From Ethanoligenens harbinense YUAN-3 (GTDB lineage Bacteria; Bacillota; Clostridia; Oscillospirales; Ethanoligenentaceae), in contig NC_014828.1 in assembly GCF_000178115.2 (NCBI RefSeq), forward strand, positions 1,061,310-1,085,309: DNA of 24,000 nucleotides. Direction: 5' to 3'. Positions within the stretch are counted from its first letter, which is position 1; each line of letters opens with the position of its first letter. A model generated the notes under the pieces. That model was not told the origin of the DNA and searched no databases. It was given only the letters and a program-made list of their open reading frames with translations. The translations under genes were made by a program, and so were the position numbers. Below are positions 15,502 through 21,895 of this stretch, piece by piece.

Positions 15502-15534
15502 CCGCTGACACCTCCGATGCAATTCGATGATTTC

Positions 15535-15563
15535 ATTATATCCCGATGGGATGGCGCTGTCTT
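15535..15563 (-). promoter_or_regulatory. Candidate promoter of the araC-clpP pair: AAGACA-17 nt-TATAAT on the minus strand.
   Basis: The -10 TATAAT is the reverse complement of 15535-15540. The -35-like AAGACA is the reverse complement of 15558-15563. The spacer is 17 nt. Confidence 0.35.
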
Positions 15564-15871
15564 GATCATTTTTGCAAATCTATGAAAAATGGGGACTGTT
15601 CAATCAAGCAAGACGACTGATCTTGCAAAATCGGTTTGCGGTCATCTTCAAAGGCGACTATAATACAAAGTAGAATTCGCGGGAAAACGGACATCTCCGC
15701 AAATTTCAAGTATATTCGCACACAAGCGGGGGAGAGGCTCTATGAATCGCCAGACCGTTTGCGCTACAACGACTAAAGCATAGAACACCCTATATGCCTG
15801 ACCGGGGCGGCCGCAATCATTTTTTTGTTTAAACTGAAAGACAATCAGGAAGAACGGTAAACCCGTCGGGT

Positions 15872-16092
15872 TCATTTGGATTTGGGGTAGAGTTTCCGTT
15901 CATCGGTTTTTCCGACCAGATAATCAATGCTGGTATCAAATAGACCTGCTATTTTCATCAACACAGGAGTGGAATGTTCAAATTTCCGATTTCGCAGTCG
16001 GAATATGCGGTTTGATGGATATTCAGATAAGAAGACCTCTGTGTTTGTGTCAAATCCCGATCCTCTTGCATGTTACGAATCTGTTCAAACAT
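15872..16092 (-). pseudogene. XRE-family (Cro/C1-type HTH) regulator, frameshifted.
   Basis: ATG 16092 (GAGGTG SD) gives MFEQIRNMQEDRDLTQTQRSSYLNIHQTAYSDCEIGNLNIPLLC*. The conserved C-terminal part PVLMKIAGLFDTSIDYLVGKTDERKLYPKSK* continues in another frame to 15872. The total length of 221 nt is not a multiple of 3, and the shift lies near 15961-15975. Confidence 0.6.
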
Positions 16093-16409
16093 TGTAAACA
16101 CCTCTATGCTTATGATGTAATAAGGGAATAGCCTATATTGATTTTAAGGTATATTTCCTTAATGTGGAAATTACAAGGGAGGGAGCATATATCTTAAACC
16201 GATATGGAACGGCTTTCCCGACAGTCGGATAAAGTCGCAGACCGGAACAGACGGCAGGAGCCGGAACGGCGAACATGGTGCGAAAGGCCGAAAAAGACGT
16301 TTATCCTGTATCTTTCGTTTTTATCTTTTGATGGAGGCGGAATAGTCAATGGTGTACCGTCGTTGTCAATCTACCTTATCCCTTCTTTTGGGCATCCTGG
16401 AGCTGGTCA

Positions 16410-16664
16410 ATGGGTGATTGCGACGGCGTTGAAAAGTGCAAAATACATCTGCTTGTAGGCGGGCATAGGATGCATATGGCCGCGCGAAACAAATCGGAAA
16501 TTTTCATTGTGTGGCAGATCTTGTGCCATACTGTATATATACAGAAACGGGCGCATTCATATGGATGCTGTGATTGCTGTATAGAGCGCACATTTGGGTG
16601 GATGGACAACGGTCGTGGGTTTTCCAAGATTATGAAACCTGATCTTATTCTTCTGTTTCTATAA
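16410..16664 (+). pseudogene. Possible degenerate C-terminal remnant of an IS4/IS5-superfamily (DDE_Tnp_1-like) transposase.
   Basis: ...IERTFGWMDNGRGFSKIMKP resembles the conserved (V/I)ERTF(A/G)WL..(F)RRLSKDYE tail of IS5-type transposases. The upstream part is not recognisable and no inverted repeats were found. Confidence 0.3.
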
Positions 16665-16723
16665 GTTGTTATCGGCTCTATTTCCATTATCTTAAAACGC
16701 TTTGCGCACAGATTTTAATCCAT

Positions 16724-16763
16724 AAATCAAAACCACCAGTTTATAAACTGGTGGTTTTGATTT
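16724..16763. terminator. 40-bp perfect palindrome; probable bidirectional terminator.
   Basis: AAATCAAAACCACCAGTTTA|TAAACTGGTGGTTTTGATTT gives a long stem with A/T-rich flanks on both strands. It lies 190 nt downstream of copZ. Confidence 0.55.
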
Positions 16764-16953
16764 GCGAAGCATTTTCTTTTGCTACAGAGTGTGGCAAAAA
16801 TCCCAAACCATGCAAGGCACCGGAGACGTATCGTATGAAGATGCGGCTGTGTTTTGACCCGATGTCCGGCAAATGTTTCGTCCAAACAAAATACGAACAT
16901 CTTTACGAATCCGATGGCAGGCGGCTTGTTCGAAAACCGGTATGTCCGCTTTT

Positions 16954-17169
16954 TCACGCGACGGACATTACGGAAAATCCTTTGTCTTCAATTGCCACTT
17001 TCATTACATCGGGCGTCACCAGAGAGGAGTCATATTCAACAGAAGCCTTACCGTTCGATAGGTCAACCGTGTAGGTATGAACGCCTTTCAGACCTTCCAG
17101 TGCTTTTTCCACTTTACCCTTACATCCCATACACATCATGCCATCAATGGTCAGTGTAACTTTATTCAT
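16954..17169 (-). CDS. copZ: Heavy-metal-associated (HMA) domain metallochaperone, CopZ-like, 71 aa.
   Basis: MNKVTLTIDGMMCMGCKGKVEKALEGLKGVHTYTVDLSNGKASVEYDSSLVTPDVMKVAIEDKGFSV has the GM.C..C metal-binding loop and a ferredoxin-like fold pattern. AAAGGAGG SD. Confidence 0.85.
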   Translation of the reverse strand: MNKVTLTIDGMMCMGCKGKVEKALEGLKGVHTYTVDLSNGKASVEYDSSLVTPDVMKVAIEDKGFSVMSVA

Positions 17170-17209
17170 TTTATCCTCCTTTGAACAGCATCGCGCTGAT
17201 TTTAACACA

Positions 17210-17238
17210 ATTATAGCATGCCAGCATATTCCTGTCAC
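17210..17238 (-). promoter_or_regulatory. Candidate copZ promoter: GTGACA-17 nt-TATAAT on the minus strand.
   Basis: The -10 is the reverse complement of 17210-17215 and the -35 is the reverse complement of 17233-17238, with a 17-nt spacer. It lies about 40 nt upstream of the ATG. Confidence 0.45.
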
Positions 17239-17401
17239 TTTGACTGTAGCTGGGCTGTTGATTTTTTGTAATCGAAAAGGAAAACGGGAAAAAGATTCAA
17301 GCTGTTTGCGAAAACCTAAAACGACGTTCTTTCTTTGCTCAGGCGGTGCATCAAACGTTTAGGTGGGCTGTTGCAATGGCTTCCGTTCCACAATCAGACA
17401 A

Positions 17402-17439
17402 AAAGGCCGCAGACCAAAGCAAAACAGTGTCTGTGGCCT
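17402..17439 (-). terminator. Terminator hairpin downstream of the 820-aa surface protein gene.
   Basis: AAGGCCGCAGAC (17402-17413) pairs with GTCTGTGGCCTT (17428-17439) with one G-T wobble. T4 tracts follow the stem on both strands. Confidence 0.5.
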
Positions 17440-17481
17440 TTTGTGCTCTGCTAAAACGAAATTTGCAAAACGTTTCTGAGA

Positions 17482-19944
17482 TCAACCGTGCCGGCGGCGG
17501 AAGAATGCCACAGACGCAGTTCCGATTGCGCTCATACCAAGCAGGCCAAGCAGAATGCACAGCGCCGGGTTAGCCTGTGCGTTTGCTGTGTGACAGCCCA
17601 CGCCACCGTCTGGATCACCAGTTTTCGGATTGCTGACAATGGAAGGAGTAGAGGCGGCGGAGGATGTGCTGGCCGTCGTTGTTCCGGTTGTGCCGGTGCT
17701 GCCGGTAGTACCGGAGCCGCCAGTGGAGCCATTATTAGCCGTATCTGCTGTCTGCACGACCGCATAGGAGGAACAGTGGCTGGTCAAGAACGTGACGGTC
17801 AGCGAACCGTCCGCGTTTTTTGTAAAGGTCGCGCCCGTGATTGGTTCCCGCGTGCCATCGGGTTTGATATGGTAGAGCGTCGTGACTTTATCCGAATTAA
17901 AATTGGAGGCTTCCGAAGCCGGAAAGGTGAATGATACCTGCACATTGCCGCCGAAGTCGTCGTTCGTCAGGGCGTTGCCCGCGCTGTCTGTCATGGATAA
18001 TTCAAACGAGCCGATAAGCGTTTCGTCGTCCTGGAGAGAAACGGAGGCGTCGGATAGTTTGGCGCCGAGGGTTACGCTGCTGACGCCGTTGTTCCGCATC
18101 AGATAGCTCAAAAGCCCGGCCGGCACGTTGAATGTGGCACCGGAGATCCTGAGTGCGATGTTCTGGTTCGCGGTCAACTGCGCGCCGTTGTCGCCCGTAA
18201 GCAGCGAGTCGGCGGAGGCGGAAACCGTATTCGTGCTGCCGTCGCCGATCGTTTTGGCAGCCGTGGAGGCGGGGTCGAGCGCTCCCGCCGGGGGAAGGCT
18301 CTTTGTGGCGTCGTTGGGGTAATAGTCCAGATTGTTGGGCACGCCGTCGCCATCATAGTCATAGTTTAGAAACATGAGAGCGGCGTCGTCGACACCTTCA
18401 TTTTTAGTAAAAAGGCCGTCCGCCGAAGAGGTCATCCCCACCGCCATATACTGCGTACCGGTGTCGATCAGGGCATTCGCTCCGTCCGAATTCTTTACTT
18501 GTTCATCTACCGAGCCGCCCAGGAGAGCGCTCTTTTCCAGCGCACCGGAAGGCGAAATGGAAAGAAACCAGAAATCCTTGCCGCCGTTCGGGGAGGTATC
18601 CGCGCTTGCGATATCCGCGCCGGTGGAAGCGGAGGTGCCTCCATAAACCAGATAACTGCCGTCGTTATTCTGCACGGCGGAATAGAACGCGTTAAACCAG
18701 GCGGTGCCGGCATAGTTTTTGAACCACTCCCGGGTGCCGTCCGCGGCGTATTTGGCGATAATGGCATCCTGCCCGGGAAAGCTGCTTTCGCCTATTGATT
18801 TTTTCAGGCTGTTGCCCGCGCTGTCGGCCATGTCGTGGTCGTCGGATTGGGAAACCCCCACGGCAAGGCAACCGCCGTCGCTGGTGGGGATGGTGTTGTT
18901 GAAGTAGTCGGCAGCGGTTCCGCCCGCGTGCGCGATCCAGTCCAGATTTCCTTTCGCGTCGGCCTTGCAGACGACGGCGTCACCTTTGGTATCGTACATT
19001 GTGGTTGCATGCCCGCTCGTGTCCGTCAGGCTGGCCGTGCCATAGCTGGAATCTCCCGAGAGGACGTAGCCGCCGCCCACGGCCGGTCTGGCGCTGTTGA
19101 TCTCCATCCCGTCATAGCATTTTACCCAGTCTTTGGACAGGTCGGAGCCGAATTTGCCGACAAAAGATTCTTTGGTGGACGCGGTATTGACACCGGTAAA
19201 ATCGCCGTCCGTGGAGGTGGTGGCGCCCGAAACGACAAAGCCGCCGTCGCTGGTGGCGGAAACGGTCTTGATCTGGTCGTCCCCCGAACCGCCAACCGCC
19301 TGAATGTCCAGAATCTTGCCGGAAGCGTCGAGATGGAGGAGAACACCCTCATTCCCATCGACGCTTGCGTCATGGTAGTTGCGAATGGTGTAGCTGTTGC
19401 CGGTGTTGTCGGTGGTGGTGTAAGTGGTTTGCCTTTTGAGCGATGTGGTTGTGCTTGTGGAATCGGAAATGGAAGGGGCCATGTCGTCTCCAACGACGAT
19501 ATAACTGCCGTCTGCGAGCCGGCAGATGTCGTTAAAGTTGAAAAGATAGTTGGTGGTGATTGTGCGTACTGCCCCTGTGCTAAATTTGGTTGTGGTAAAA
19601 GTTTCGGTAGTAACAAGCGACTTGACCCATGAGACCTTGGCGGAACTGCCACTGCCCGTATAGCCCACGATCACGCCGCCTCCCGCGAGGTTGTACGACG
19701 CCCAGTCGCCGTCGCTTGCCGATTCAAATCCCACGGCAATGCAGCCGCCGGGAGCGGGGGCGACGGCGTTGTAGAAGTCTGTGTTCGAGCTGCCCATTGT
19801 GGTCGCGCTGGTAAGCAGCGGCCAGTTGCTTCCATAGCCGCCGGAGCTGTCCGCCAGAGCGGTCATGGGCAGCAGGCCGATCATGGACGCGGCCAGTGTG
19901 CCCGCCAGCGCTTTTTTTAAGATGCCGCAGTGCGCCTTTTTCAT
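17482..19944 (-). CDS. Large secreted, probably sortase-anchored cell-surface protein with beta-propeller-like repeats, 820 aa.
   Basis: ATG 19944 has an AGGAGGG SD, and the signal peptide is MKKAHCGILKKALAGTLAASMIGLLPMTALA. About 8 copies of a DGG-hydrophobic-G-x-(T/S)-x-S-x-DGD-type motif occur (e.g. DGGFVVSGATTSTDGDF, DGGCLAVGVSQSDDHDM, DGSYLVYGGTSAST). There is a DYDGDGVPNNLDYYPND calcium-binding-like motif and a G/S/T linker. The C-terminus has NPKTGD, then a hydrophobic helix, then RRRHG. The spacer between the motif and the helix is longer than usual. Confidence 0.8.
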   Translation of the reverse strand: MKKAHCGILKKALAGTLAASMIGLLPMTALADSSGGYGSNWPLLTSATTMGSSNTDFYNAVAPAPGGCIAVGFESASDGDWASYNLAGGGVIVGYTGSGSSAKVSWVKSLVTTETFTTTKFSTGAVRTITTNYLFNFNDICRLADGSYIVVGDDMAPSISDSTSTTTSLKRQTTYTTTDNTGNSYTIRNYHDASVDGNEGVLLHLDASGKILDIQAVGGSGDDQIKTVSATSDGGFVVSGATTSTDGDFTGVNTASTKESFVGKFGSDLSKDWVKCYDGMEINSARPAVGGGYVLSGDSSYGTASLTDTSGHATTMYDTKGDAVVCKADAKGNLDWIAHAGGTAADYFNNTIPTSDGGCLAVGVSQSDDHDMADSAGNSLKKSIGESSFPGQDAIIAKYAADGTREWFKNYAGTAWFNAFYSAVQNNDGSYLVYGGTSASTGADIASADTSPNGGKDFWFLSISPSGALEKSALLGGSVDEQVKNSDGANALIDTGTQYMAVGMTSSADGLFTKNEGVDDAALMFLNYDYDGDGVPNNLDYYPNDATKSLPPAGALDPASTAAKTIGDGSTNTVSASADSLLTGDNGAQLTANQNIALRISGATFNVPAGLLSYLMRNNGVSSVTLGAKLSDASVSLQDDETLIGSFELSMTDSAGNALTNDDFGGNVQVSFTFPASEASNFNSDKVTTLYHIKPDGTREPITGATFTKNADGSLTVTFLTSHCSSYAVVQTADTANNGSTGGSGTTGSTGTTGTTTASTSSAASTPSIVSNPKTGDPDGGVGCHTANAQANPALCILLGLLGMSAIGTASVAFFRRRHG

Positions 19945-20041
19945 TCTGACAATCCCTCCTGATTTCATTACGCTTTGTAATGTAACGATTCTTTTCGAAT
20001 ATGCTAAAGCAGATCTTGCAAATAGCCGCTGATTTTACAGC

Positions 20042-20070
20042 ATTATAGCATCTTCATCATAAAAATTCAA
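20042..20070 (-). promoter_or_regulatory. Promoter of the 820-aa surface protein gene: TTGAAT-17 nt-TATAAT on the minus strand.
   Basis: The -10 is the reverse complement of 20042-20047 and the -35 is the reverse complement of 20065-20070, with a 17-nt spacer. It sits inside an AT-rich island. Confidence 0.5.
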
Positions 20071-20151
20071 GGAATGTAAATATACATTTTACAATATAAT
20101 GTTATATTATTTATAATAATAAAAATTTATAATATTTTTTATCAAGTTATA

Positions 20152-20180
20152 TTGACTTGTGGATATTTTTGGATTAGAAT
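20152..20180 (+). promoter_or_regulatory. Promoter of the 321-aa secreted protein gene: TTGACT-17 nt-TAGAAT.
   Basis: TTGACT at 20152-20157, a 17-nt spacer, TAGAAT at 20175-20180. It is followed by a leader of about 175 nt. Confidence 0.45.
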
Positions 20181-20358
20181 GATGTGGGAATAAAATACAT
20201 AAAAGACCATATTATTCATCTTTCTCCCATAATCGCGGCTAAGAGGCCTGCCGCCCGGCGGTCGGCCCTTGCCATATTCAAGCAGCTTCCCGATACAACC
20301 CAAACGCCGTTGAAAACGCCGTCGATGGGTGAAGGCTCATCAGAGAAAGGAGATTCCC

Positions 20359-21324
20359 ATGGAAATCGCAAAAACCAGAAAACCGCTTTCCGCCGCCCTC
20401 TCCGTTTGCATTGTCGCCTTGGTGTTTGCCTCGGGCAGTGCGCTGAAGGCCAGCGCGGCCAGTTACGCCGTGACCACCGGATCGTACACCATCACGCCCG
20501 CCTCCACTTACAACAGCAACATGAATACTTACGACAATTCCCAGACCGAGACCATCGCCGTTACGTTCGATCAGGCGGTAACAGTAGACACAACTTATGC
20601 CAATTCGGATTTTACAGTTGCGCTCAACGGTGCCACGCTTGCCAATAACACAGCGAGCGACCCGGTGCTCTACAAAGTCGTCGCGGACCCGTCGTCTTCC
20701 TCCAAGGCGGACATCGTCCTGTACGCGAATGCGTCGATCGATGTCTATCCCGGCAGCAGCATGAGCGGCAATTTCTTTGCCATCAAGACCGGCAAGGTCA
20801 GCATCACACCGGTCAACAGCGATAAGACGCTGGACGGTATCACTACTACCTCGAATGGTGAATCAGCCTATTGGGGCCTTGACCTTTCCAATCTTGTTGT
20901 GAAAACCGGCTTTGAACTGAACACGGTCAGCTCATCGTCCGCAACGTCCTCGACTCCGGCCTCCGTCAGTTACAACTGCGGCAGTTACGCCGCCGTGCGC
21001 GGCATCAGCTGGCTGCGCCTTGCGGTGGCCAACGGCGGTACGACCACGTATGTTCCCGTTACCTCTACCAACCCGGCTATGAATGCATGGCCGGTGCTTA
21101 GCGGGGTGACCGGAAGCTTTGCCCTTCATTGCCACGATTTTGAAAACAGCACCAACGATTACTATATGTCCAAAATCTACAGCGCCATGACGAGCGGATA
21201 CACCGGCTTTGGCAACTACACCATCAGCTATACAGGCGGTGTGCTGACCGTCACGCAGAACGCAGGCACCTATACATCGGGCGATACTTTGTCGCTTCAG
21301 GTCTATTACAGCCCCAACGTGTGA
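20359..21324 (+). CDS. Secreted protein of unknown function, 321 aa.
   Basis: ATG 20359 has an AAAGGAG SD. The signal peptide is MEIAKTRKPLSAALSVCIVALVFASGSALKASAAS. The mature part is T/S/N-rich and beta-strand-like, with no recognisable motif. Confidence 0.65.
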   Translation: MEIAKTRKPLSAALSVCIVALVFASGSALKASAASYAVTTGSYTITPASTYNSNMNTYDNSQTETIAVTFDQAVTVDTTYANSDFTVALNGATLANNTASDPVLYKVVADPSSSSKADIVLYANASIDVYPGSSMSGNFFAIKTGKVSITPVNSDKTLDGITTTSNGESAYWGLDLSNLVVKTGFELNTVSSSSATSSTPASVSYNCGSYAAVRGISWLRLAVANGGTTTYVPVTSTNPAMNAWPVLSGVTGSFALHCHDFENSTNDYYMSKIYSAMTSGYTGFGNYTISYTGGVLTVTQNAGTYTSGDTLSLQVYYSPNV

Positions 21325-21344
21325 TATGCTTTTCCCGCCAAGGA

Positions 21345-21383
21345 CCTGTCCGCAGATGCTGTCTCGGATCGTTTGTGGACAGG
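21345..21383 (+). terminator. Weak terminator-like hairpin after the 321-aa gene.
   Basis: CCTGTCCGCA (21345-21354) pairs with TGTGGACAGG (21374-21383) with one wobble. The loop is 19 nt and there is no T-tract. Confidence 0.3.
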
Positions 21384-21623
21384 CTCTAAATAACAGAGAC
21401 AACCTTCGCGGTGGATTTTCCGGTGCCCTCTCCGCCGGAGGAAGCGGGCAGCCTGCTTTCAGCCCCGTTCTTGCGGGATGAAAACTTCCTTGTGGGTCTG
21501 GTTTCCTTTTTTATGGGAGAACGGTATAAGGTACGGGACTGCCTGTTGGGAAGGGCGTCATGTGCTGGGACTCCCAATTTTGTCTGCATGTGGTTTTCGT
21601 GCTTCGCTGAAAAATTATTGTCA

Positions 21624-21662
21624 CAACATTTGCCGCCGGTGTCATACCGGCGGCAAATGTTG
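21624..21662. terminator. 17-bp perfect hairpin in a long intergenic region.
   Basis: CAACATTTGCCGCCGGT-GTCAT-ACCGGCGGCAAATGTTG. It is followed by TTGCGGAAATTT on the + strand and TGACAATAATTTTTC on the - strand. Confidence 0.45.
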
Positions 21663-21748
21663 TTGCGGAAATTTCATGAAACGTTTCGAAAACGACCATA
21701 TGTTTAAATGCTAAAATCAACATAATTAATTATAATTTGATAATTGTA

Positions 21749-21777
21749 TTGAAATTTCTAATGATTTGTATTATGAT
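21749..21777 (+). promoter_or_regulatory. Promoter of the 493-aa membrane-anchored protein gene: TTGAAA-17 nt-TATGAT.
   Basis: TTGAAA at 21749-21754, a 17-nt spacer, TATGAT at 21772-21777. It sits inside an AT-rich island. Confidence 0.4.
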
Positions 21778-21895
21778 AAATGACAAAATATATGAATATC
21801 CGTTTTGTTATGAACAAATCCAAACAAAACCGCTTCGTTTTTACGGCGGCTGTTACGCATCCATGTAAAACAGATCAGCAAGTGGGGGGATTGAC

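Noticed and set aside
15648-15875. 75-aa minus-strand ORF downstream of the XRE pseudogene.
   Set aside because: It has no SD and no motif, and it lies in the decayed region. Its ATG (15873-15875) overlaps the XRE stop codon (TGA 15872-15874), and it shows no coding signature.
16727-16957. 76-aa ORF (GTG start overlapping the copZ stop) considered as a truncated copA or a small partner protein.
   Set aside because: It has no HMA or P-type ATPase motifs and runs into and through the 40-bp palindromic terminator. It is probably non-coding.
17488-19814. Several + strand ORFs (148, 265, 99, 90 aa and others) and nested minus-strand ORFs within the 820-aa surface protein gene.
   Set aside because: These are antisense or out-of-frame shadow ORFs in GC-rich, repeat-encoding DNA. 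They give low-complexity R/G/A/P products and have no ribosome-binding sites.
20184-20648. 154-aa ORF overlapping the start of the 321-aa secreted protein gene.
   Set aside because: It is out of frame with a gene that has a clear SD and signal peptide. Its own start has no SD and sits at the predicted transcription start. The product is R/H/Q-rich with low complexity.
21478-21714. 78-aa Cys-rich ORF (and the overlapping 98-aa ORF) between the secreted-protein genes.
   Set aside because: It has no SD. The Cys codons derive from the two arms of the perfect 17-bp hairpin (TGCCGCCGG/CCGGCGGCA), so it is a structural artefact rather than a coding signal.
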